NCBI GenBank assembly: GCA_963845515.1
Contig: CAWJSR010000001.1
Location: 1 to 23,480 of the forward strand
Direction: 5' to 3'
Length of the DNA: 23,480 nt
DNA from: an uncultured delta proteobacterium
Lineage (GTDB): Bacteria > Myxococcota > Myxococcia > Myxococcales > Anaeromyxobacteraceae
Made by a program: the position numbers and the translations under genes. The notes beneath the pieces were generated by a model that was given only the letters and a program-made list of their open reading frames with translations, was not told the DNA's origin and did no database searches. Position 1 is the first letter of the stretch, and every line of letters begins with the position of its first letter. Shown piece by piece: positions 8,516 through 18,862 of the stretch.

Positions 8516-9289
8516 TCAGTCGAGGTTCAGCGCGCGCTTGCGCTTCTGCGTCTGGTCGATGAAGCGCTGCAGCGTGCGCTCGGCGTCGTCGCCGAGGCGC
8601 ACGAACTCGCAGCCCAGGCGCACGCCGCGCGCGTCGGGGTTGATGCGCGGTGACGTGCTGCAGGCGCAGGTTGGCCTGCGAAGCGCGTGTCGGCGTCGAG
8701 CTCGATCTGCACCCGGTTGCATCACGCACGCCGGGCTGCGATGCGGCGGCACGTCGTCGGGCAGGAACAGCGCGCAGCCGCCGATGCTCACGTCGATGCA
8801 CGCGCAGCGCGAGCTCGCATGTCGGGCATCGTCGGGTGGCGCAGGCGCGCCATCGGCGCGCTGCGCAGCAGCGGCCGCACGCGGAAGGCGTTGCGGCGCT
8901 GGAAGCGGAACAGCTCGCGCGGGCAGCGCGCGCTCAGCGCGCTGGCGCGCGCGCCGCGCACCAGCACCAGGTCGTGCACGTCGAACTGCAGCTTGACGTT
9001 GTCGAGGTAGCCGACCACGACGGCCTCGTCGCCTTCGAGCAGCGCCTGCAGCTGCGGATCGCTCGGCGTCGGCGCTGAAGCTGAGCGCGCCGCGCTGCGG
9101 CGTCGAGCGCCCACAGCGTGGTCGTGTAGACGCGCGCCGTCGCTGCGCGTTCAGGTTGCAGCGGCACGTTGCCGTCCTGCAAGCTGCTGCAGCATGGCCG
9201 CGATCTCGCGCGGCGCGGCTGACGCGGAACTCGTCGAGGCCGCCGTTCGGCGCGGCCAGCGCGTCGAGCGGCATCGGCAGCGTTTCCAT
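8516..9289 (-). CDS. ycgR: Flagellar brake protein (YcgR-N + PilZ); multiple frameshifts
   Basis: VGYLDNVKLQFDV. PilZ motifs FQRRNAFRVRP (RxxxR) and DVSIGGC (DxSxxG). Terminal LQRFIDQTQKRKR. Confidence 0.88.
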   Translation of the reverse strand: METLPMPLDALAAPNGGLDEFRVSRAARDRGHAAAACRTATCRCNLNAQRRRASTRPRCGRSTPQRGALSFSADAERSAAAGAARRRRGRRGRLPRQRQAAVRRARPGAGARRARQRAERALPARAVPLPAPQRLPRAAAAAQRADGAPAPPDDARHASSRCACIDVSIGGCALFLPDDVPPHRSPACVMQPGADRARRRHALRRPTCACSTSPRINPDARGVRLGCEFVRLGDDAERTLQRFIDQTQKRKRALNLD

Positions 9290-9317
9290 GTCGCTGGCTG
9301 CGGCGGACAGCGCGGTG

Positions 9318-9619
9318 TCAGTGCAGCGTCTTCGGGCGGCCGGCCAGCAGGTCGTCGAGGTCCTCGAGCCAGGGCTCGGCCAGCTGGCGGATCTCGGCGT
9401 CGTTGACGCAGGATGCGCTGCATGATGCGCGACTTGAGCTGCGCCTCTTCGGCGGCCAGCGGCTGCGTCGGCGGCGGCGTGCTTGAGCTGCGAGATCAGC
9501 AGCGCGCAGGCGCCTTCGAGCTTGACCACCTGGTCCCAGTTGCCGCCGCGGGCGGCGTCGAGCATGTCCTGGCTGGCCTGCTCGATGGCCTCGTAGTAGT
9601 TGAGCAGTGCGGAGTTCAT
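9318..9619 (-). CDS. fliT: Flagellar protein FliT; frameshifted
   Basis: LLNYYEAIEQASQDMLDAARGGNWDQVVKLEGAC, then in shifted frames KSRIMQRIL..DAEIRQLAEPWLEDL...KTLH*. Confidence 0.9.
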
Positions 9620-9662
9620 GCAGGCGTTCCGCGGTGAGGTCGTCGGCGCGGCGTCGGCGGCG

Positions 9663-10105
9663 TCACTGCGCGGCGCTTCGGCTGCGCGCGGGCCGATCGC
9701 GACCAGGCCGTCGCGCAGCGGCTCGATCAGGCGCGGCGCACTCGTCCAGCGCCGCGTCGTCGTTGTGCAGGTTGGCCTGGGTCAGGCGCAGCGCCACGTA
9801 GGCGTAGAGCTCGTCCAGGTCGGCGGCCAGCTCGCCGCCGTCGTGCGAGGTCGAGCGCCGGCCTTGCAGGCCCTCCTCGACGATGCGCACCGCGCGGCCG
9901 ATCGCCCGGCCCTTGGCGTCGATCTCGCCCGGCGCAGCGCACCGCGCGCCTGCGCGACGGCGTCAGCAAGCCGTCGAACAGCATCGCGACCAGCTGGTGC
10001 GGCGAGGCGCCGTCGACACCGGTCTCGACGCCGACCTGGCGGTAGGCGCCGGCCGTGCGGCTGGTGGTGCGCGAAGGGGAGCTGTGCATGCGGGCGTGCG
10101 AACAT
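9663..10105 (-). CDS. fliS: Flagellin export chaperone FliS; frameshifted; start at 10105 or 10089
   Basis: AYRQVGVETGVDGASPHQLVAMLFDG and GGELAADLDELYAYVALRLTQANLHND. Confidence 0.92.
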
Positions 10106-10123
10106 CGGTGGCGCTCTGCGCTG

Positions 10124-10150
10124 GTTTCGGCCTGACGCTCGATGGCTTGA
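10124..10150 (-). promoter_or_regulatory. sigma28 (FliA) promoter for fliS-fliT-ycgR
   Basis: Minus strand TCAAG-N14-GCCGAAAC, just upstream of fliS. Confidence 0.7.
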
Positions 10151-10268
10151 GCTCGGCTGCACCGCGCAGCCGGCGACTTGAGAGCCGCGCGAGCGCGCCG
10201 GGATCGAGCGGACCGGCGGCCCGATGCGCGCGTCGGCAGCGGCGCCGGCTGCAGCTGCGCACCGCTGC

Positions 10269-11743
10269 TCAGGCCTTGTTGCTGTTCGGAGCATCGCCAT
10301 CTGCTGCGTCACGTAGGTGCTCAGGCCGTTGAGCTGGCCCATCTGCGCGTCGAGCGCGGTGTACTGCGCGCGCAGGCGCTCCTCGGTCTGCGCCAGGCGC
10401 TCGTCCAGTCGCGTCCTGCTGGTCCTGGTTGCGCTTGATGCGCTGGCTGCAGGCCGTCGTTGCGCGTCGTGAGCGCGCCGTCGATGCCGAGCATGCGGTC
10501 GGCCAGCGCGCGGAAGCGCGTGCGAAGCCGTCGTTGCGCCGGCGTCGCGCTGTCGCCGTTGGCGAACAGCTTCTTCAGCTCGGGCAGGTTGGCCAGCGCG
10601 TTGTCGAGCTTGCTGCCGTTGACGCTCAGCGTGCCGTCGCGCTGCATCTCGAGGCCGATGTCGGACAGCCGCGCGAAGGCCGTCGATGCGCCGCTGCTCG
10701 CGCCGAGCAGCGCGCGCATCTGGCGCTGCAGGCCGAGCGGCGGCGCTGTCGCCCTGCAGCGCGCCGGCGGTCTTGGTGGCGGCGTCGTACTTGGTCTGCG
10801 TCGGCAGATAGCTTGGCCAGCGTCGTTGTAGGCGTCGACGAAGCCTGCGACCGCCTTCTTCATCGCCGCGGTGTCCTGCGCCGACGTCGACGTCGACCGG
10901 CGCGGTGGTGACCTTGCTCGAGGTCAGCGTCACGCCGTCGACCACGTCGGTCGAGCGTGTTGCTCGCCGAGGTGACCGGCCAGGCCGTTGATCGTCGCGT
11001 GCGCGTCGGCGGCGGCCTGCGCGCTGCGTCATCGGCGTCGCGGCGCCGGCGACGGGTCGTAGGCCAGCGCCGAGAGCCGCTGGCGTCGGCCGTCGCCGTC
11101 GGCATCGGTGACGCTGACGCGAAAGCCGTTCTCCGCGCCGGTGGCCGGTCGAGCGCAGCACCAGGCGCGCGCCGCTGGCGTCGGTCAGGATCGAGCGCGG
11201 TGACGCCGGCGCCGGCGGCATTGATCTTGTCGCGCACCTGCTGCCAGCGTGTCGGTCGCCGGGCCGATCGTCGACGTCGACCGCGCGTGGCGCCGCTCTG
11301 GGCGTGAAGGCGGCTGCCGGCCCAGCTGCCGAGCTCGATGTGCAGCGTGCCGGCGCCGAGCGTGCTCGTGGCGCGTCGGCACGCCGTCGCCGTGGCGACC
11401 GACTGCGCCGCGGCGAGGCTCTGCACCTCGCACCGCGTAGCTGCCGGGCAGGCGCGCCGCCGATCGGTCACGACGCCGACCGCCGCGTCGGTCGAGGCTG
11501 CCGATGGTCTGTGCTCCAGGTCGTCGGCGCGAAGCCAGCGTGCGCGCCGCGTCGCGCAACGGCGCGACTAGCGTCTTGATCTTGCCGAACGCCGACAGCT
11601 GCGTCTGCAGCGTGCGTTGCCTGCGTCTGCAGCCGCGTGATCGGCCGCGCTCGAGCGCCACCAGCTGCGCTGACGATGCTGTTGACGTCGAGGCCGCTGC
11701 CGATGCCCGGCGAGCTGAGTGGCGGCCCGATGCTGGTGGCCAT
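10269..11743 (-). CDS. fliD: Flagellar filament cap protein FliD; many frameshifts
   Basis: [88 protein letters not shown] upstream. Confidence 0.92.
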
Positions 11744-11815
11744 GCTGTGCGTCCTTCAGTGTGGCAGCGTCCGGGCGACCCGCCTGACATGGCAAGGCCC
11801 GGCCGGACGATCGGT

Positions 11816-11843
11816 GTATCGGCCGCCAGCGGTCGCAACTTGA
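11816..11843 (-). promoter_or_regulatory. sigma28 promoter for fliD
   Basis: Minus strand TCAAG-N15-GCCGATAC. Confidence 0.7.
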
Positions 11844-11863
11844 GCGGGCGCTCCCGCCGCGCG

Positions 11864-12727
11864 TCAGCGTTGCAGCAGCTGCAGCACCTGCTGCGGCAAC
11901 TGGTTGGCCTGCGCCACCATCGCCGTTGCCGGCCTGCTGCAGGATCTGCGCGCGGCTCAGGTTGGCGGTCTCGGCGGCGAAGTCGGCGTCCATGATGCGG
12001 CTGCGCGCGGCGGTCTGGTTCTCGGCCGCGATCTGCAGGTTGGCGATCACCGCCTCGAAGCGGCTCTGCGCGGCGCCGAGCGTCGCGCGGGCGTCGTTGA
12101 CGGTGTCCAGCGCGGCGTCGATGTCGTCGATCGCCGTCAGTGCGATCGCCGCCGTGGCGCTGAGTCGATGCGCGCGGCCGCGCCGGCGTGTTGGTGCCGC
12201 CATCGGCGATGTGGCGTCATGTCGGTCGGTGGTGATGCTGATCTGGTGTCGTGCGCCGGTGTTGGCGCCGACCTGGAAGGTGACACGCCGCCGGTGCCGC
12301 CCGCTCCCGTCAGCAGCGTGCTTGCCGTTGAAGGTGGTGCCGCCGAGCACGCGCGGATTTCCTCGGCAGCTGCTCGAACTCGTTGTCCAGCGAGTCCTTG
12401 TCGATCCGGCGTGCCGTTGGTGTCGTTGGCCGACTGCACCGCCAGCTCGCGCATGCGCTGCAGCGTGTCGCCGACCTTGCCGAGCGCGCCTTCGGCGGTC
12501 TGCGCCAGCGAGATGCCGTCGTTGGCATTGCGGATGGCGACGTTCATGCCGCGCACCTGCGCGTTCATGCGCTCGGCGATGGCCAGGCCGGCGGCGTCGT
12601 CCTTGGCGGAGTTGACGCGCAGGCCCGACGACAGGCGCTGCATCGAGGTCGCCAGCGACGTCTGCGACATGTTCAGGTTGCGCTGCGCGTTCAGCGAATC
12701 GATGTTGGTGTTGATCGTCTGCGGCAT
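11864..12727 (-). CDS. fliC: Flagellin (copy 2, short type); frameshifted
   Basis: MPQTINTN...[25 protein letters not shown]...[17 protein letters not shown]-terminus [28 protein letters not shown]. Confidence 0.95.
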
Positions 12728-12878
12728 GGAGCGCTCCTGTCAAGAATCCGGTATCGACTCCCGGCGGATGTGCCGGTCACGCAGGCTCACCTCGGTGCAA
12801 CCTGTGACGCCATTGTTGGGAAGCCGGCGCGCCGCCGATGCGTCGAAATGAAGGCCCTATCCCGGCCAGTTCGCGCCA

Positions 12879-12906
12879 AGAAAAAGGGCGCCCCGAGGGG
12901 CGCCCT
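12879..12906 (-). terminator. Intrinsic terminator downstream of flagellin copy 1
   Basis: Minus strand AGGGCGCCC-CTCG-GGGCGCCCT followed by a T run. Confidence 0.85.
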
Positions 12907-13005
12907 GTCAAGCGGTGTCCGTTGCCGAGCGCCCCGTTGCCGGGGCGATCGAGCCCGAATCCCGAGTTGCCGGTTCGTTGAACGGCCGGTCTGCCTTCCG
13001 AGGAT

Positions 13006-13865
13006 CTAGCGCAGCAGCGGTCAGCACCTGCTGCGGCAACTGGTTCGCCTGCGCCACCATCGCGGTGCCGGCCTGCTGCAGGATCTGCGCGCGGGACAGG
13101 TTGGCGGTCTCGGCGGCGAAGTCGGCGTCGATGATGCGGCTGCGCGCGGCGGTCTGGTTCTCGGCCGCGACCTGCAGGTTGGCGATCACCGCGTCGAAGC
13201 GGCTCTGCGAGGCGCCGAGCGTCGCGCGCGGCGCCGTTCACCGCGGTCAGCGCGGTGTCGATGTTGTCGATCACCGTGCGTGGCCGATGCGGCGGTGGCG
13301 CCCAGCGTCGCCGCACGGCGCACCTGGGTGTTGGTGTCCCATGGCGGTGGCGATGTCGGTCGTCAGTCGATGTCGATCTGGTTGTCGGCGGCGCTGTTGG
13401 CACCCACCTGGAAGGTGAACGTGCCCGACCGCCGCCGGCGCCCGTCAGCAGCGTTCTGGCCGTTGAAGCTGGTGCCGGCAAGCACGCGGGCGATTTCTCT
13501 GCCGCCAGCTGCTTGAACTCCGTTGTCGAGCGCAGTCCGGTCGGACGTGCCGTTGGTGGCGTTGGCGGCCTGCACCGCCAGTTCACGCATGCGCTGCAGG
13601 TTGTCGCCGATCTTGCCGAGCGCGCCTTCGGCGGTCTGCGCCAGCGAGATGCCGTCGTTGGCGTTGCGGATGGCGACGTTCATGCCGCGTGACCTGGGCG
13701 TTCATGCGCTCGGCGATCGCCAGGCCGGCGGCGTCGTCCTTGGCCGAGTTGACGCGCAGGCCCGACGACAGGCGCTGCATCGACGTCGGCCAGCGAGGCC
13801 TGCGACATCCACAGGTTGCGCTGCGCATTCAGCGAGGCGATGTTGGTGTTGATGAGCAAAGACAT
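13006..13865 (-). CDS. fliC: Flagellin (copy 1, short type); frameshifted
   Basis: [18 protein letters not shown]...[25 protein letters not shown]-terminus [49 protein letters not shown]. Confidence 0.95.
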
Positions 13866-14095
13866 TTCGCAATCCTTTCAGTTGAAGATTTCCGGCACAG
13901 CGCCGGCGTCACATCCGATGCCGCGGACTCCCGCGGCCTGGTTGCCTGCCGGCCGTCCACCCCGGGTGGTTCGACCGGCGCCGCCCGACGCTAGCGACCG
14001 TTGCCCTCGCAGCTTTCGAAAAATGGCTGCTTGCGCCGCGGCCGGCTAACCGGACCACACTTCCTGCTCCTTGCGGTTCGGAAAGCGTTGCGGGG

Positions 14096-14123
14096 TTATC
14101 GGAGAGCGATTTGCGGAACTTGA
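14096..14123 (-). promoter_or_regulatory. sigma28 promoter for flagellin copy 1
   Basis: Minus strand TCAAG-N15-TCCGATAA, ~230 nt upstream of the ATG. Confidence 0.65.
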
Positions 14124-14226
14124 GAGCCTCGATCGGAAAGATGTCAAGCCCCGCGATCCGTTGATCAGCACCGCGCTTGGCCGGCAATTGCGGCGATCGA
14201 TGCGGCCGGCGCCGCGGCAGCCGATC

Positions 14227-14253
14227 TCAAGCCACGCCCGCGGGTGCCGATAA
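14227..14253 (+). promoter_or_regulatory. sigma28 promoter for the HD-GYP-like gene
   Basis: TCAAG-N14-GCCGATAA, with a perfect -10 element. Confidence 0.8.
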
Positions 14254-14300
14254 TCGAGCGTTGTCCGCCGGTTTGCGGTGGTCTTGCCTGCCTCCTCTGC

Positions 14301-14979
14301 GTGAACCTGATCGCACTCGATCCCGAGCAACTGCACGTGCACGACGCGCTGCCGTTCGACATCCTCGATGCCGACGGCGCGATGCTCATGCCCAAGGGTG
14401 CGGCGATCGGCGACGAGCGGCAGCTGCAGCAGCTGCGCCGGGCCGGCCCGATGGCCGGCGCCGGCGAGTCCGAGGCCTGGCGGACGGAGCGCGCCCGCGC
14501 CGCGGCGGCGTCCGATGCGGCGCAGGCCGCACCAGCGCCCGAGCCCGTCGAGGCCGAGCTGACACCGAGCGCCGAGGCGCGCGAGCTGCCGCTGCGCCTC
14601 GCGCCGCTGCTGCACGGCGCGCCGACGATGCCGAACTGGCAGGCGCAGATCGAACGCCTGGCGGCGCGGGTGGCTCGCGCCGTCGCCCGCGACGCCGATG
14701 TCCTGCTCTATCTGCTGGTGCAGCGCGCCGCCCGCTATCACGACAACTACAGCAGCGAGCATGCGCTGCTCTGCGCCGTCGTCTGCGCGATGTGCGCCGA
14801 GCAGCTGCGCTGCAGCGAGGCCGAGACGCAGGCGCTGCTCTGCGCCGCGCTGACGATGAACCTGAGCATGACCGCGCTGCAGGACGAGCTGGCGCAGCGC
14901 GACCGCACGCCGACCCTGGCGCAGCGCCGCGCCATCGACCAGCACGCCGCCGACAGCGCGCGCGCGCTGCGCCTGCGCT

Positions 14980-14980
<1 letters not shown>
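14301..14980 (+). CDS. Degenerate HD-GYP-like phosphohydrolase; 3' truncated at junction
   Basis: LPFDILDADGAMLMPKG N-domain, then YSSEHALLCAVV...AALTMNLSM..LQDELA...QRRAIDQH. The HD dyad position reads MN, and the GYP region is lost at the junction. Confidence 0.75.
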
Positions 14981-15313
<333 letters not shown>

Positions 15314-15545
15314 GCGCGCGGCGCGCGCGGGCAGTCGTCAGGCCGTGCGGCGCGCCTTCACGTGCTCGCCGAACGCCTCGTCGGTGCGGGCGATGTCGGC
15401 GTGACACGCACCACGGCTACACTCTCCGAGCGCGGCTGATCGCCACGGGGGGCGCGAGGCCGCCACCTGCAATGGAGCTCTTCCGCGCCGATTGGTAGAT
15501 TCCGCGCCGGGGGCTTCGAATGAGTTGTGTGCCAGGGGACCCGGT

Positions 15546-18078
15546 GTGCTGACGCCTGCCTGGCGCCTCCTCGAGCGCCTCCGGTCGCTCAACGCGTGGG
15601 TCCGGGCCAGCGCCTTCCGGAAGCACTTCGTCACGTCGGTGGCGCTCGCGCTCGTCCTCGGGTCGGCCATGATGCTCACCGGCTACCTGACGGCGAGGGG
15701 GGCCATACAGGACGGCATCCTCGTCGAGACCGAGGCGCGGACCGAAGCGGCGGCGCTCCGGATCGAGCTCACCGTGGGTGGCATCGTCAGCGGCGCCCGG
15801 GCGCTCGCCCGCAACGGCATCGTCACCAACGCGCTGGTCGACCCGGAGGGGCGAGAGCTCGTCGTGCGCCCGCTCCTGAGCGACTTCGCGGCCGTCGCTC
15901 CGGCTCCCGTCCGGCTGTCGATCATCGACTTCCAGGGGAGAGGGCTCTGCGGGGATCGTCCAGGAGCTCCGGACGGCTTCGTCGGCGCGCCGTGGCTCGC
16001 GTCGGTCGTCGAGCGGGGTGAGGTCGAGGTCACCGTCCGGCACGGCGAAGAGGGGCCCGTCATCGTCTACGCGCAGCCCGTGCTCTATCCAGGCACCGCT
16101 CGGCCCGAGGGGGCGCTGGTCGCCGAGATCGCCCTCGGGCCCGTCTTCGACGAGTCGTCCGCGCGCGATCCGCAGTGGGTGATGGCCCTGCTCGACCCGG
16201 ACGCGCCCGCCGTGCCGCTCGGCGAGAAGACGCTGGACGACGCCTACCTCATGGCGGAGCGGTCCTTGACGCTGGCAGGGGCCACCCACCTGCGGCTGCG
16301 CCTCGGGATCCCCCACGCGGTCGCCTTCCGTGGCCTTCACCGCTTCGCGGGCGCGACCGCCCTGGGCATCGGGGCGATGCTCGTCGTCATCTTCACCGTC
16401 CTGTGGCACCTCTCCTCCAGGCTGACCGCCGGGGTTCGCGCCCTGAGCGCCAACGTCGTGAACGCGGCGTTGGCGGAGCCGACCGACGTCAGGGTGCCCC
16501 GCACCGGCGAGGACGAGGTCGGCTCCCTGTCGGCCGCGTTCAACGTGCTGCTGGATCGGCTCCAGGCCGCCTCCGAGGCGCGGCTCGCGGAGCAGGTGGA
16601 GCGGACCGCATGGCGCGGAGCGCGCGCTGCGGCTCGCCTACCAGGTGGTGGAGCAGGCGGTGGAGGCGATCGAGGTGGTCGCCGGGGATGGCCGCGTCGT
16701 CTTCTCCAACGGCGCTGCGGCCCGGCTTCGCGCGGGTGTGATCGACGGAGGGAGCTCGCGGCAGCGCTGGGAGGCGCTCTTCCAGCGGGACCCCGAGTGG
16801 TGGAGCGAGACCTGGACGAGGCTGCGGGAGGTCGGCTCCGCGGAGCTCTCGCTCAGGATCCGCAAGCGGGCGGAGACCATCGCCGTGTCCGTCAGCCTCG
16901 TCCACCTGGAGCTGGACGGCGAGGAGCACTGCATCGCGACGGTGCGCGACGTCCGGGACCGGCTGAGGGCCGAGGCGACCGAGCGACTGGCCAGCCTCGG
17001 CACGCTCGCCGCGGGCGTCGCCCACGAGATCAACAACCCGCTGGCGTACGTGCTCGCGAACCTCTCCTTCGTGGCCGAGAGCCTGGAGTCGCCCGCGTTC
17101 GGCGAGGTGGGCGACGAGGAGCGCCGCGCGCTGGTGGAGGCGATCCACGGCGCCGAGCGGGTCCGCGACGTCGTCCGATCCCTCCGCGCCTACTCGCGCG
17201 CCGGGGACGGGCCGCCGGCGCGAGTCGACGTCGCCGCCGAGCTGCGCGGCGCGCTGAGGCTGGTGGGCAACACGATCCAGCACCGCGCGCGCGTCGTGGA
17301 GGAGATCGGCAGCGCGCCGCCCGTCCTCTCGCGGGGGAACGAGCTGGGGCAGGTCTTCGTGAACCTCCTGGTCAACGCCGGGCAGGCGGCGCGCGCGGAC
17401 GCGCCGGGCGGGGCGGCGATCGTGGTCAGGTGCTTCACCGCGCCGGACGGAAGGGCCGCCGTCGAGGTCTCCGACAACGGGGCGGGCATCCCGGCGGAGC
17501 TGCAGGGGCGGATCTTCGAGCCCTTCTTCACGACCAAGGCGGTCGGGGAGGGGACCGGGCTCGGCCTCTCCATCTGCCACGGCATCGTCACCCGGCTCGG
17601 CGGCACCATCGGGTTCGAGAGCGAGCCGGGCACCGGGACGCGCTTCACGGTGCTCCTCCCTGCCGCGGGCGCCGCGAAGGCGGCCGAGGAGGCCGCGCCG
17701 GTCGCGGCGCCGCGCGGTCGGATCATGGTGGTCGACGACGATCCGGCCGTGACCAGGGCGCTCGCCCGGATGCTGGGGCGCTCGGCGCAGGTCGCGATCG
17801 AGATGGTGGCGGAGACGGCGCTCACACGGCTGTCGGCGGAGCCGCGCCCCGACGTGATCCTCTGCGACGTCATGATGCCGGGGCTCTCGGGGCCGGCGTT
17901 CCACGACCGGCTCCGCGCGGTCGATCCCGAGCTCGCGAGGCGGGTGGTCTTCATCACCGGCGGTGCGGTCACCGAGGCGATCGCGACGGCGGTCGCCGCC
18001 ACCGGACAGCCTTGCGTGGAGAAGCCGCCCGAGCGCGAGGCCCTCTCCCGAGCCATCGCCTCCGTTCGACCGTCCTGA
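15546..18078 (+). CDS. Hybrid sensor histidine kinase (TM-extracytoplasmic-TM-HAMP-PAS-like-HisKA-HATPase-REC); one frameshift near 16610
   Basis: Two TM helices, HAMP DEVGSLSAAFNVL, H-box GVAHEINNPL, N-box NLLVNA, DNGAGI...FEPFFTTK..GEGTGLGL, REC VVDDD...CDVMMPG...KP. Confidence 0.92.
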
Positions 18079-18085
18079 CGAAGAC

Positions 18086-18862
18086 CTACTGGAAGATCAG
18101 GTCGGCCAGCCTGGGGTTGGCGGACGCCTTCTCGGTCGTGAACCTGAGCTGGAGCGCGCCGGCCGCGTGGACCTCGATGGCGCGGGGTGCCCAGTCGCCG
18201 CCCGTGGGAGAGCCCCAGCCCAGGAACCGGACGTCGGTCATGGTCCCAGCCTCCATGAAGAGAAGCCGGACCGGCTGGAAGCTCTCCTTGTCGACCCAGG
18301 CGAGCGGCTTGGAGTCGGTGGGGCGGCCACCGATCACGTACGAGACCCGACCGTCGAACCGGCCGAGCGTGGCGCCGCCGGCGAGGGCCACGCCACGCTT
18401 CGCGAGCGTGGCGGCCCAGGGCCGGTCCCCCGCCTCGGAGGCGGGCGCGACGGCCAGCAGCGCGCAGATGGCGCGCGCCATGGCCACGAAGGAGGGATCG
18501 CGCGAGACCTCCCCGTCACCCGTCACGGTGTCGCCCCGGACCAGGAGGTAGGGTCGATCGGCGTCCACGACCCCGGCTGGGGCGAGCTCGATCCGGCAGC
18601 GCCCGGGCACCTTCCAGAGCAGCCGGGCGGGCAGCGCGGCGAGCCCGCCGGCGCCCCGGATCCCGCCTGCGGCGAGGACCCCGTCGGCGGCAGCGCCGCT
18701 GGCCTGGATGGTGCCGGTCACCTCGATGGTCGCCAGCGCCTGCGCGGCGCGCCGTCCAGCGAGGCGGCGGAGGATGGCGGGGACCGGGAGGACATAGGCG
18801 GCCGCGGGGAGCGCGACCGCGGCGACGACGAGGGCCGCGATGGAGCGCCGGAGCCGGGTCAC
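18086..18862 (-). CDS. Exported hypothetical protein, possibly LolA-like fold
   Basis: Signal peptide (SIAALVVAAVALPAAA). Beta-rich motifs WKVPGRCRIEL, LAWVDKESFQPVRL, WAPRAIEV. Start overlaps the galU stop (GTGA). Confidence 0.7.
   Translation of the reverse strand: MTRLRRSIAALVVAAVALPAAAYVLPVPAILRRLAGRRAAQALATIEVTGTIQASGAAADGVLAAGGIRGAGGLAALPARLLWKVPGRCRIELAPAGVVDADRPYLLVRGDTVTGDGEVSRDPSFVAMARAICALLAVAPASEAGDRPWAATLAKRGVALAGGATLGRFDGRVSYVIGGRPTDSKPLAWVDKESFQPVRLLFMEAGTMTDVRFLGWGSPTGGDWAPRAIEVHAAGALQLRFTTEKASANPRLADLIFQ

Noticed and set aside
8516..9619. FliT-YcgR fusion protein (367-aa ORF)
   Set aside because: Produced by compensating indels. The true fliT stop (9318) and ycgR start (9289) are visible in other frames.
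8516..13865. Programmed frameshifting or true pseudogenisation of the flagellar cluster
   Set aside because: Indels are dense and scattered and not at slippery sites, while motifs, promoters and terminators are intact. This fits low-coverage long-read error.
13866..14090. c-di-GMP-I riboswitch in the flagellin leader
   Set aside because: The GCAAA...GAAA...ACGCAAA pattern of this class was not found by eye. An Infernal scan would be decisive.
15492..18551. 1019-aa giant ORF
   Set aside because: It is the kinase N-terminus running off frame after the indel near 16610, giving low-complexity Arg/Gly sequence.
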